27,479 bases of DNA from Acidimicrobiia bacterium (GTDB taxonomy: Bacteria; Actinomycetota; Acidimicrobiia; Acidimicrobiales; JANYDT01): positions 1 to 27,479 of the forward strand of contig JANPDB010000823.1 of assembly GCA_031431255.1 (NCBI GenBank), in the 5' to 3' direction. A model generated the notes under the pieces. That model did no database searches. It was not told where the DNA came from and saw only the letters and a program-made list of their open reading frames with translations. The number at the start of each line of letters is the position of its first letter. The first letter of the stretch is position 1. Below are positions 9,042-19,000 of this stretch, piece by piece. The position numbers were made by a program, and so were the translations under genes.

Positions 9042-10403
9042 TCAGCCCAGGGGCAGTCGAACGACGAAACGTGCGCCTTCGGTACTCGGTTCGATTCGGA
9101 CCGTCCCGGAGTGCGAGTCAACGATTTCGCGCACGATCGACAATCCCAGTCCTGACCCGCCAGAATGCCGGCTTCTGGAATCGTCGAGCCGTGCGAAGCG
9201 GTCAAAGACGCGTTCACGGTCGGCGGGTTCGATGCCTGGGCCGTCATCTTGGACTGCAAACATCGCGACTCCTTCCTCTTTCCGAAGTTCCACCAGCACC
9301 CGAGATGTTGCATAGCGCGACGCGTTCTCGAGGAGGTTGCGGGCGACACGGGCGAGTTGATCAGCGTCTCCCCTCACCTCGACAGGAGCGACGGCGTTCA
9401 GGTCGATCCGCACATTCGACCGTGGCTGCAGTCTCCGGGCTTCGGATCGCACGATGTCGTCGAGGTCTACGGCGGCGTACTGCGTCAGCTTCACACCGCT
9501 ATCGGATTTCGCGAGGAACAACAGATCAGAGATCAACCTCGTCATCCGACGGTTGTCGTCCACCAAAGAGACTGCGACTCCTTCCCACTGGACAGATGTT
9601 GGGTGCGCGATCGCCACCTCCAAATCGGCCAGGCTGGCCGCCAATGGGCTCTGAAGCTCGTGCGACGCATCTGCGACGAACCGGCGTTGACGTTCCGATG
9701 AATCCTGGAGACGGCCGAGCATGAGGTTCATACTTCGTGCTAGCCGTCCGATCTCGTCGTCGACAGGTGGTTCGGGGATCCGACGGGAAAGGTCTCCGCC
9801 TCCGATCTCTGACACTTTTCGTTGTAGAACGTCGACCGGGCGCAGCGCCGCCCCGACGAAGAACCAACTCACTGCCGCCACGATCAAGAGAAGGAGCGGG
9901 AACGAGATCTCTAAGATCTTCTTGACCGATGAGACGTTCTCGTTCACCCCGTCCAAGCTGAGAGCTACATATACCCCAATCGGCCCGGTTGGCGTCTGGG
10001 CACCGAAGGCCACAAGGTGAAACGGGTCGTCCTTCTGATCCCCGGTAATGGGCAGATCCGTCCGTGATTCCGACAGGAAATCGCCCAGGACCGGCCGTAG
10101 TGTTGAAATCCGCGAGCCGGGGATGACTTGCGCGCTGGCGGCGACGCTTTCACCTTTGCCGTTCACTACTTGGATCACGGCTCCCTTTTCGCCCGAGTCC
10201 GGAAGAGCCAGGGGCAGCTCGGTCTTCTGCGTAAGCAGTGCGACTTCCTCCGCCCGTGTTCTTGCCGAGTTGGAGACGTTGTTCTGCAGGGCCCGATGCA
10301 TGAGCGCCAAGAACAGAAGAGCAGTCACCAAGAGCGCCACTGCGACGACAATCGTGGCTGCCGATGCCATCTTCATTCGGATCGTCGCTGGCTTCATCCT
10401 CAC
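9042..10403 (-). CDS. Membrane sensor histidine kinase (2 TM, HAMP, HisKA, HATPase_c; 453 aa)
   Basis: ALRPV/DDEIGRLA HAMP motifs, H-box ADASHELQSPL, N-box NLLENA, G1 VQDDGPGI, F-box VFDRF, G2 GSGLGLSIV. Confidence 0.95.
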   Translation of the reverse strand: MRMKPATIRMKMASAATIVVAVALLVTALLFLALMHRALQNNVSNSARTRAEEVALLTQKTELPLALPDSGEKGAVIQVVNGKGESVAASAQVIPGSRISTLRPVLGDFLSESRTDLPITGDQKDDPFHLVAFGAQTPTGPIGVYVALSLDGVNENVSSVKKILEISFPLLLLIVAAVSWFFVGAALRPVDVLQRKVSEIGGGDLSRRIPEPPVDDEIGRLARSMNLMLGRLQDSSERQRRFVADASHELQSPLAASLADLEVAIAHPTSVQWEGVAVSLVDDNRRMTRLISDLLFLAKSDSGVKLTQYAAVDLDDIVRSEARRLQPRSNVRIDLNAVAPVEVRGDADQLARVARNLLENASRYATSRVLVELRKEEGVAMFAVQDDGPGIEPADRERVFDRFARLDDSRSRHSGGSGLGLSIVREIVDSHSGTVRIEPSTEGARFVVRLPLG

Positions 10404-10409
10404 TGGTGG

Positions 10410-11087
10410 TCACCCGCCATCGGGGTCGAGGCGGTAGCCAACGAGACGCAGTGTCTGGATGCTCGAGCGCGAAAACGGAATGTCAATCTTCTTGCGAAGG
10501 TACCCAACGTAGACCTCGACGATGTTCAGGTCCATGTCGTACGAGTCGGCCCAAACATGCTCCAGAATTTCCGTCTTCGAAAGCACATCGCCGGGGTGCA
10601 TCATGAAGAACTCCAGTAGAGCAAACTGGCGCGGCGTGAGTTCTACCTCAACATCGCCCCTCCAACAGCGGTGCCGGGCCGGATCGAGGCGAAGATCTGC
10701 GACACTCAGGATTGTTGGGCGCACTCGGCTGGTGCGCCGGATCAATGCGCGGAGATGAGCAACAAGAACGACATACGAGAACGGTTTCGTGAGAAAGTCA
10801 TCAGCCCCGGTATCCAGTGCTTCGGCGTGGTCGTGTTCACCGTGCTTCGCCGTAAGCATCAATATTGGCGTCCAGATTCCCGCTTCACGCAGGTCAGCAC
10901 ACACCTGGTAGCCATTGCGTTTCGGCAACATGATGTCGAGGATGATTGCGTCGTACTCGTTCTCCTCCGCGAGTCGCAGACCTTCTTCGCCATCGGAGGC
11001 GGTGTCGACCACGAAGCCCTCACGCACCAGGCCGCGTTTCATCGCAGCGGCAAGGCGCTCCTCGTCATCGACCAGCAAGAGCCGCAT
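10410..11087 (-). CDS. OmpR/PhoB-family response regulator (225 aa)
   Basis: MRLLLVDDE, LDIMLP phospho-acceptor, LTKPF, and winged-helix C-terminus (NIVEVYVGYLRKKID, TLRLVGY). It lies 6 nt upstream of the kinase. Confidence 0.96.
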   Translation of the reverse strand: MRLLLVDDEERLAAAMKRGLVREGFVVDTASDGEEGLRLAEENEYDAIILDIMLPKRNGYQVCADLREAGIWTPILMLTAKHGEHDHAEALDTGADDFLTKPFSYVVLVAHLRALIRRTSRVRPTILSVADLRLDPARHRCWRGDVEVELTPRQFALLEFFMMHPGDVLSKTEILEHVWADSYDMDLNIVEVYVGYLRKKIDIPFSRSSIQTLRLVGYRLDPDGG

Positions 11088-11191
11088 GAGATCTAGTGTT
11101 GCAGGTGTACCAGGCGACTAGCTGGCCAGGCCTCCGCGCGTCTCGGGGATCTCGCTCCCGTGACTGCAGTTCCTGTCGACCCGTCAAACCC

Positions 11192-12160
11192 TCACGCTCG
11201 TTGCACCGACGGATCGGCCGTCGAATACACGAGCGCCCGCTTCTCGAGCTCAAGTGCCCCCTTCGACGCCAAATCAAGCTTCTCAGGCGAGAGTTTCTCG
11301 GTGCGCACCATCAGGAGAGTTTCCTTCGACTCATCGGTCCCGTCCCATCCGACGCGAACCACCCCGACGCCCGGCGCGTAATACTTCAGCTGTATCGCGC
11401 TTGTCTCCTCTTCGTTGTATTCCTCCGTAAGGAGCACCCCTTTGTAGGTGCCGGTCGGAACGGTCGTCTCCTCGGTCATTGACCGCACGCGCGCCCGGTC
11501 GTTCCAGAAATACGGTGCTGGAGCGAAGCCTTCCGACCAGTCCGGCGCATTGGTCTTGGGATCGGCCTTCATCATGATTCCCGCCTTGGCATCTGCTGGA
11601 TGGCCGACGAACCACGTGCGACCCGCAGTGTATTCGCCCCCGTCCCACAACTCGCTGTACTGGCCCAAATGCCAGACATTACCCATCTTGTCCTGGGCAA
11701 AGAAGGTCAGTTCATCCTCTTCCAGGTCCCCCTCAGTGAAATCGCTTTCCCAGATGACGACGGTATTGACCCCATTGATCACCTTCGTCAGGTTCGTGAC
11801 GGTGAACGTGACCCGGTGTCCAAGAGTCTTTCCGTCCTCAAACGTCGAGCCATCATACTCATGTCGAGTGCCCGGGACCAACGGAAAGTATTTGTTGTCA
11901 ATATTGATCGAATTCTCGTCGAAGTTCGCGACCTGAAAGTCCTCTCGAGTGAACTTGCTCGGTACGACAACGGGCCGACTGCTAGCCGGGTTCTTGACCG
12001 CATCATCGGTCGTCTCTGCTGCCACGGTAGCGGCATCTACCGTCGTGTCGGAAGACGAGGACGAGCATCCAGTCCCGAAGAAAGCCAGAGCGACAACACC
12101 ACTCAGCAAAGTCAGAGCCTTCCCTCGATGACGAGCGGGCCGAGATCTGCGAACATTCAT
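11192..12160 (-). CDS. Acidic lipoprotein of unknown function (322 aa)
   Basis: ATG at 12160 with SD AGGAGT; Arg-rich N-region, hydrophobic core, GTG-C32 lipobox. Mature part has YFPLVPG, FFAQDKMGNVW, AGIMM.A.P, TVPTG and KYYAPGVG, which I recall from a widespread uncharacterised beta-rich secreted family. The ORF-track extension to 12754 overlaps the RND gene and is discarded. Confidence 0.85.
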   Translation of the reverse strand: MNVRRSRPARHRGKALTLLSGVVALAFFGTGCSSSSSDTTVDAATVAAETTDDAVKNPASSRPVVVPSKFTREDFQVANFDENSINIDNKYFPLVPGTRHEYDGSTFEDGKTLGHRVTFTVTNLTKVINGVNTVVIWESDFTEGDLEEDELTFFAQDKMGNVWHLGQYSELWDGGEYTAGRTWFVGHPADAKAGIMMKADPKTNAPDWSEGFAPAPYFWNDRARVRSMTEETTVPTGTYKGVLLTEEYNEEETSAIQLKYYAPGVGVVRVGWDGTDESKETLLMVRTEKLSPEKLDLASKGALELEKRALVYSTADPSVQRA

Positions 12161-12206
12161 TGGGACTCCTTCGACGAAGTTGGTTGGTGTCGGCGACGTC
12201 GTAGAT

Positions 12207-12236
12207 ATGCTATTTGATTCAAGTTGAAAGTCGAAA
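12207..12236 (-). promoter_or_regulatory. Possible internal promoter for the lipoprotein gene: TTTCGA-N18-TAGCAT, with TTCAA-N-TTGAA inverted repeat in the spacer
   Basis: AT-rich patch in the 104-bp gap. Minus-strand TAGCAT (12212-12207) fits TANNNT; the -35 match is weak; 5-1-5 inverted repeat at 12218-12228. Confidence 0.35.
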
Positions 12237-12264
12237 ACCATCGTCGAGACTGGCCTTCTGTCGT

Positions 12265-15200
12265 TCACGACGGGACCACGGCGATACGGGCCAGTCTCGC
12301 TCGCTCGGCCTTGGACTTGCCAAGGTGTAGGTACATCGGTGGAACGACGAAGAGATTCAAAAGCGTCGAGGTGAAGAGGCCACCGAGAATGACCGATGCC
12401 ATCGGAAACTCGATTTCTTGACCGGAGATGTTGCCTCGCACCAGCAGCGGCACCAGCGCGAGCCCGGTTGCGAGCATCGTCATGAGGATCGGTGCCAGGC
12501 GCTCGGTGGCACCTTTCAGGACGAGATCGGGACCAAACGGAACCCGCTCCTCCTTCTCCAGATGCTGGAAGTGCGTGATTTCCATGATGCCGTTTCTCGC
12601 GGTCAAACCGACGACGGTGAAGAAGCCTACGAACGACCCGATCGAGAGGACGCCGCCGCTCAGGTAGGCGCCCAGTACCCCACCGACGAGAGAAATGGGA
12701 AGCGTGATGAGGTGTAGGGCGACGTCGCGCCAATTTCGGAACACGGCGAGGCATAGCGCGACGATTCCTGCGAATGCGAGTGCAGCAAAGGCGAGAAGCC
12801 GCGTCTGGGCCGCTTGCCGTTCCCGGTACTCACCAAGAACCTGTGCAGTGTGTTCGAGCGGCAGTTTGATTTGGGCAACCTTCGCTTCCAGGTCGCGCGC
12901 GACCGCGCCGAGATCACGTCCATCGACTTCGGCGGAAATGTCAAGACGACGGAACCCTCCTTCGTGGCTGATGGCGTTGGGCGTGGGACGAATGCTCACC
13001 TTGGCGACGTCACCGAGTCGGACCTTCGCTCCGTTCGGGCCATTGACGAGTATTTCGCTGACGTCGTGGATGCTGTTGCGAGCTTCGGGCACGCTCCATA
13101 CCTCGACGTCGTAGGTCTTCCCATCACGGAATACGTCGCCCACCTCTTCGCTCGCCATGATGGTGGCGGCAGCACGCCTCACGTCTCCTGGCTTGACCCC
13201 CGCCTGCTTCGCCTTCAGGAGATCAACATCCACCTCAATCTGCGGCACCAGCAACTGCAACTCGACGTGCTCGTTCTTGACGCCCTCGATCTCGCCGAAG
13301 GCATCTTTGACTTCTTCGGCCTTCGTTCGCAGAACATCGAGATCCGGCCCGATCAGGCGCACGACGAGAGGGTCGCTCTGTCCGGTGATGGTCTCGCTTA
13401 TGCGTTCGGCGAGATAGGTCTCGACGTTGGTGAACATACCCGGATAGCTCGCCACCACTTCTTCGATCTTGGCGAGGGTCTTGTCGTAGTCGACCTTCGG
13501 GTCGATGCTGATCCAGTTCTCGCCGAAGTCAACGCCGGCGATTTCCTCGCCAAGGAACGCCTGCCCGATGTGAGAGCCAAAGTTACGGACTCCCGGAATG
13601 GCCCGAAGTTCGTTGCTGCCTTTGATCACGATCCGTCGTTCCTCGGTGATCGAGGTGCCAGGTTTCGAGATCCAGTGCATCAAGAAGTCCTTCTCCTTGA
13701 AGGTCGGGAACAACGATTGGCCAAGGGTAGGAACCAGGGCGATGCCGCCGATGGCCACCGCTGTCACGGCCGCGTAGATCGGGATCGGGCGCGAAAGGAG
13801 TGGGGTGAGCAGACGTCGGTAGCCGCGACGCAAGAAGACGGCTAGCGGAGATTCGTGATGGTCCCACATCGGAGACGCGGTGCCGCTTCGGGAATAGAGG
13901 ATCATGCTCAACGCCGGGGTGCTGATGAGCGCAACCAGCAGCGACACGGTGACGGCCAGCGCGTACGTGATTGCCAGAGGACGGAAGAACGACCCCGTCA
14001 GGCTCTTCAGGAAGAAGATTGGAACGAGCGACATGATCTCGATGAATGACGCGTAGACCACCGCGCCACGTACCTCGACCGAAGCGGCCAGAATGACCGC
14101 AGCCGTCGATCTAGGGCTGCCGTTGGCATTGTTCTCACGTAGGCGACGCACGATATTCTCGACGTCAACGATTGCGTCATCGACGATGGCGCCGAGCGCA
14201 ATGACCAAGCCCGCCAATACCATCGTGTTGATCGTGGCGCCCCGGGCGTAGAGCACCAGCCCGGCGGCGGTCAACGACAACGGCATTGTGATGACGCTTA
14301 TCAACGCCGAGCGCCAATCGTAGAGAAACAATCCGAGCACGATCAGAACGAGCAGCGCGCCGAGAATCAATGACGAAGTGAGGTGATTGATCGCTTCATC
14401 GACGAAACTCGCCGGACGGAAAATCGTCGTGTCAATGTCGATTCCCGGAAGTCCGGGAGCCATCTCAGCCAGCGCCTTCTCGGCCCCTTCCGTCACCTCC
14501 AGAGTGTTGCCCCAGGGGAACTTCTCAACGACAAGCATCAACCCGGTTCCGCCGTTGATAACTGCGTCTCCGGCGAGAGGCGGCGAACCAGTGACGACTT
14601 TGGCGACGTCGCCGATCCGCAGGATCTTGTCGCCGCGTTGGACGAGCGCGACTTGCGCGAGATCCTCCGGCGTAACGATTGACAACTTGTGGCGCACACC
14701 CAGCCGCTGATTCGGCGTATCGATGAACCCACCTGTGCCGATGAAACCGCCACCGGCATACTTGAGAATTCCCGCATCGAGAGCTTCAGCGGTGGCTTCC
14801 ATCACCTGGTCGAGTGACACGTTCTCGCTGGTCAGCTTGTCCGGTTCCACCTGCACCTGGTACGCCTTGATTCGTTCACCCCAGATGGCGACGTTTGCCA
14901 CTCCGGGTACTCGGAGCAACCTGGCCCGGATCTTCCAATAGGCCGTCATCGACATGTCTTCAAGGGAAATAGTTTTCGAAGACAGTCCGATCTTCATCAC
15001 CCGACTGGTTGCCGAGAGCGGCTGCATCATCACTGGGGGAGCGGCCCAGGTCGGTAGAATGTTTTGTATCGTTGCGAGCTTCTCCTGAACGAGTTGTCGG
15101 GCGTTGAGCTGATCGGTTCCTAGCTTGAAGGTCAGCTCCACGTATGACAACTGGGAAGCACTCTTGGACCTCATGATTTGAAGACCCGGAACGCCGCTGA

Positions 15201-15417
15201 GCGCCTGCTCCATCGGGATCGTTACGAGTGCTTCAACCTCGGAAGCGGCAAGCCCCAGACAGGCGGTTTGGATCTGTACGCGTGGCGGTGCAAATTCCGG
15301 AAAGACATCGACCGGCATCTTCTGCAGTGCGTTGAAACCAAACAGCATCATTCCAGCGGAGAAGGCAACTACAAGGTATCGAAATCGCAGACTATTCTTG
15401 ATTATCCATCGCAACAT
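12265..15417 (-). CDS. Heavy-metal efflux RND transporter, CzcA/CusA family, intact proton-relay motifs (1050 aa; RND-A)
   Basis: PVDVFPEFAPPRVQIQT N-terminal motif of HME/NrsA-like RNDs; TM4 GAIVDDAIVDVENI (D413, D414, D418, E420); TM10 TARNGIM; TM11 ERLAPILMT; TM12 GGLFTSTLLNLFVVP. Confidence 0.93.
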   Translation of the reverse strand: MLRWIIKNSLRFRYLVVAFSAGMMLFGFNALQKMPVDVFPEFAPPRVQIQTACLGLAASEVEALVTIPMEQALSGVPGLQIMRSKSASQLSYVELTFKLGTDQLNARQLVQEKLATIQNILPTWAAPPVMMQPLSATSRVMKIGLSSKTISLEDMSMTAYWKIRARLLRVPGVANVAIWGERIKAYQVQVEPDKLTSENVSLDQVMEATAEALDAGILKYAGGGFIGTGGFIDTPNQRLGVRHKLSIVTPEDLAQVALVQRGDKILRIGDVAKVVTGSPPLAGDAVINGGTGLMLVVEKFPWGNTLEVTEGAEKALAEMAPGLPGIDIDTTIFRPASFVDEAINHLTSSLILGALLVLIVLGLFLYDWRSALISVITMPLSLTAAGLVLYARGATINTMVLAGLVIALGAIVDDAIVDVENIVRRLRENNANGSPRSTAAVILAASVEVRGAVVYASFIEIMSLVPIFFLKSLTGSFFRPLAITYALAVTVSLLVALISTPALSMILYSRSGTASPMWDHHESPLAVFLRRGYRRLLTPLLSRPIPIYAAVTAVAIGGIALVPTLGQSLFPTFKEKDFLMHWISKPGTSITEERRIVIKGSNELRAIPGVRNFGSHIGQAFLGEEIAGVDFGENWISIDPKVDYDKTLAKIEEVVASYPGMFTNVETYLAERISETITGQSDPLVVRLIGPDLDVLRTKAEEVKDAFGEIEGVKNEHVELQLLVPQIEVDVDLLKAKQAGVKPGDVRRAAATIMASEEVGDVFRDGKTYDVEVWSVPEARNSIHDVSEILVNGPNGAKVRLGDVAKVSIRPTPNAISHEGGFRRLDISAEVDGRDLGAVARDLEAKVAQIKLPLEHTAQVLGEYRERQAAQTRLLAFAALAFAGIVALCLAVFRNWRDVALHLITLPISLVGGVLGAYLSGGVLSIGSFVGFFTVVGLTARNGIMEITHFQHLEKEERVPFGPDLVLKGATERLAPILMTMLATGLALVPLLVRGNISGQEIEFPMASVILGGLFTSTLLNLFVVPPMYLHLGKSKAERARLARIAVVPS

Positions 15418-15435
15418 GACAAGGGCTTCGTTCGG

Positions 15436-15900
15436 CTATTCGTCGCCGACGCCGATTTCGGCGCCGTAGAGCTGAGTTGCGCCGAGTGTCACGACCTTCG
15501 TACCTTCATCCGGACCTTCAGTGAGCGTTGCTACGTCGCCGACGATCTTCTCGACCGTGATCGACTTTCGCTCGAAGGAAAGACCTTTGACGTTCACGTA
15601 CGCCCATGTCTTGCCATCGGGGTCATAGAGCACAGCACCGTACGGAATCTCCAGGCCGGAGGGCCCCATCCTCGCTTCCTCCGTCTTCAGATCAATCCGG
15701 TCCGCGGCCTCCTTGGTCAGGGTCACACGCTGGAGTTGCGAACCTTGAATGTCTTCGACCTCGGCTGCACCATTTGTCGCTTCATCCTCACCCGCAGCGC
15801 TGCGGCAGCCCGATAGCGAGAGCAACCCGACTATCAGGAGACGTTGGAATAGCTTGTTTCGACGGATGAACTTCCCCGTTGTTTTCCGCGTCGTTTCCAT
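15436..15900 (-). CDS. Small lipoprotein resembling only the membrane-proximal domain of a CzcB/CusB-type adaptor (154 aa)
   Basis: ATG at 15900 with SD AAGGA; LSG-C32 lipobox. LQRVTLTKEAADRIDLKT resembles the adaptor N-terminal segment and is joined directly to IPYGAVLYDPDGKTWAYV..SFERKSITV..GDVATLTEGPDEGTKVVTLGATQL, which resembles the adaptor C-terminal segment. Confidence 0.75.
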   Translation of the reverse strand: METTRKTTGKFIRRNKLFQRLLIVGLLSLSGCRSAAGEDEATNGAAEVEDIQGSQLQRVTLTKEAADRIDLKTEEARMGPSGLEIPYGAVLYDPDGKTWAYVNVKGLSFERKSITVEKIVGDVATLTEGPDEGTKVVTLGATQLYGAEIGVGDE

Positions 15901-16025
15901 GATCGTCCGTTCCTTCGCTATCGTCGCTGTCTGCACGGGTAGTGGTTCTGTTCGCTTTGCACTCTCATGTCCTGATCGAGCCAGCAGTTTCGGGTCCGCT
16001 GACGCGGTTCCCCCGTCGGTCCATT

Positions 16026-19000
16026 TCACGAACGGACCAGATCGGGTCGAGTCGTTTCGGACGCGTTGATCAACTCGTCGATGTCCCAGGCAGGCAGGAT
16101 CTCCTTCGGTCCGAAATGTACGTACAACGGGGGTAGGACGAACAGCTGCGTCATCACGGTCGTAACCAGACCACCAAGGATTGCGACGACCATCGGGAAG
16201 AGCAGTTCTTGGCCGGCAATGTTGTTGAAGATAAGAACCGCAGCAAACGCGAGGGCGGTCAGAATACTTGCGTTCACTATCGGACCGACTCGCGATCGAG
16301 CCCCGAGAAGCATCAACTCTTCGTCGAGGGGGCGGCCGTCGTTGCGGAGAGCGAGGTATCCCTCGACGGTTCGCAGAGTGAACCGCGTGGCCAAGGCAAA
16401 CACCGCGGCCAACGCCGAGACGGTAGCGATGGACATGGGCTCTCCGAAGACGCGTGCAGCCACGGGAGCGCCGGTGACCGACACGATGATTGCGAGAAGC
16501 GTTATGGCGCCGAGACGCCAGCTTCGGAATGCGGCCTGCAGTACGAGGAAAACGCCGAGAATTGCCGCGATGGCAAAGGCCATCACCCGTCGTTGCGACG
16601 ATTGCTCGTCGTTGTAGTCCGATAGCACGGTCGTATGAAACTCCGGGGGCATGGCGATCCGTGCGAGGGCTTTTCGAAGATCCGCGGTGACCTCTCCCAC
16701 GTTTCGACTCTTCACATTCGCCGTCACGTCGATGTAGCGAGAGATGTCGTCATGCTCGATAATCGGCGGAGTTGATCTCACCGTGACGTTGGCGACGTCG
16801 CCGAGCCTGATTACTTTGCCGGCCGGAGTGTTGATCAACAGGTCCTGGACGCTCGAGACGCTCGTCCGGATCTCAGGGCGTCCCCAGACGGTGACTTCGA
16901 AGATCTTCTGATCCTGGAAGAGGTTTCCAACCCGAAGGCCCGAGAGGAGGGTTTCCGATGCCCGTCGGACGTCGCCGGGTTTGATGGCGAGTGCTTGAGC
17001 CTTCAGCAGGTCCACGTCAACTTGAATCGTGGGTTCGGCCAGTTGGGACGATATGCGTGCCTGGGAAACGCCCTTTATCCCGGACAGTGAACCCTTGATC
17101 TCGTCAGCCTTCTTGCGAAGCAGGCCGAAGTCCTGTCCATAGAGCCGAACGGAGACCTCGTCCCTACTGCGTCCGAGCGACTTACGAAGCCGTTCCGCAG
17201 AGTATGTGGTCACACGATGGCTCAACCCGGGGTAGCCGCCGACGATTCGACGGATTGCTCCGACCGTCTTCGAGTAGTTGGAAGCTTTCACGCTGATGAA
17301 CATTTCTGCGGCGTCACTCCCGACCGGTCGGTCTCCGCTCACTGCCTGACCAATCTGCGAACCGACCATTCGAACGCCTGGGACCGCTCGCAGCTCTGTG
17401 GTGGCCCGGGCGATGATCCGCGTCATCTCAGGCAGCGACGTGCCGTAGGGAGCCTGCCACCTGATCATCAGGTTGGTGTCTTTGAACTTGGGGAGCAGTA
17501 CCTTGTCCATCGATGGCACGACGGCTATTCCAGCGACAAGAAGAGCCGCTCCCGTTGCGAGTGCCGGAATCGCAGACTTCCCGAAAACCGCAAGCGCTTT
17601 CGTGTAGGTGGGCCCCAACGAGCGGGTCACGAGCGAAGTGTCGTGCTCGCTCCTGTCATTCAGTAGCTTGCGAAGTGCCGGCGTCAAAGTCAGAGCAACG
17701 ACAATCGAAGCAGCCATGGTGACCAAACACGAGATCGCAACAGGCGGAAAGAACTCGTCGCCTGAGACTCCGTTCAGAAAGTAAATGGGCAGCATCGCGA
17801 CCGCGAATATCACGGTCGACCACACCGCCATTTTCGCGGCGCCGTGTGCACCGTTCAGCAGGGCGCGGGACGTGGTCCCAACGGCACTTTCGCTCGGCGA
17901 CGAAGGCGTCGGCGACTCAGCGTCGTCGCTCAATGATTGCTCGATCACCGCACCGACAGCAACCGCCAACCCGGCAATCACGACAACGTTGAAAGCGACG
18001 TCGAGCAGATGCAAGATGGTCGCGGCCGCGCCGAAGGAGAACGCCACCGATACCAGCGCGATCAGCGCCTTCCTCCATCGCAGCAGAAGCAGAACCAAAC
18101 CAGCTGCGACCAGCACTACGCCGACCACAACCGATCGCAGGAGATTTGAATTGGATCGGTTGAGGTAGTCCGTTGGACGGAAGACGGTTGAGTCCATTTT
18201 GAGCCCGACGAGTCCGGGGCGCAACGTCTTCAACACTTCTTCTACGCTGCGCGCGACCTTCGCTGTGTCAGCATTTGGAAGCTTCTCGACCACGATCAGA
18301 AATTGCCCCTCGTCCCCGACGACGGCATCACCAATCAGTGGTTGATGATCCTCGACCACAGTCGCCACATCACCAAGCGTCAACGGAACCCCGACGGTGT
18401 CGTCAATGGCGATCGTGGCCAGATCCTTCGGCTCGATGACCGGAAGATTGTGTTGAATGCCCAGACGCTGGTTGGCCGTGTCGATGAACCCGCCGGTCCC
18501 CGGGGTTGAAGCTTCGAGAAACGTCAGAGGCGATACCCAAAGAGCATTTCCCGTCGAGCTCACCACCTGCTCGATCGAGACCCCCTTCTCACGTAGCTTC
18601 GCGGGGTCAACCAGGACCTGCAACTGACGTTCGCGCTGACCCCAGATCGCCACGTTTGATACTCCGGACACGGCGAGCAATCGGGGTCGGATTGTGAACC
18701 GTGCGAGAACACCGATCTGTATCGGCGTAAGTGTCTTCGACGACAGAGCAATCATCGCGGTACGACTTGTTGACGCCTGAGGCTGGAGCATTTGCGGAGG
18801 GCGCGACACATTCGGCAGGCCTGCCGCTTGGCTGATCCTCTCCTGCACTACCTGGCGTGCTCGGTACAGAGGCGTTCCCTCGTCGAAGATCATTTCGATG
18901 TACGACAGGCCAGGCACGGATTTGGAGTGGATGGAGTCGAGCCATGGGACGCCGTCGAGGAGATCCTGCTCTATGGGAACGGTGACAAGTTGTTCGACCT

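Noticed and set aside
9646-9670. Kinase H-box HELQSP instead of HELR(T/S)P as a sign of inactivation
   Set aside because: The phospho-His, adjacent Glu and all ATP-binding boxes are intact; likely a tolerated variant.
12161-12754. 198-codon N-terminal extension of the lipoprotein ORF, suggesting a fusion or overlap with RND-A
   Set aside because: A strong SD and a signal peptide begin at 12160; the extension is low-complexity and overlaps the RND-A 3' end in another frame.
8291-15900. Twin-arginine pairs in three lipoprotein signal peptides (RRSAS, RRSRP, RRNKL) as Tat signals
   Set aside because: None fits the S/T-R-R-x-F-L-K consensus; basic N-regions are normal for Sec lipoproteins.
15901-16029. 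GTGA-coupled start that would add 43 aa to the mini-adaptor
   Set aside because: It would bury the signal peptide; ATG 15900 has an AAGGA SD. Not fully excluded.
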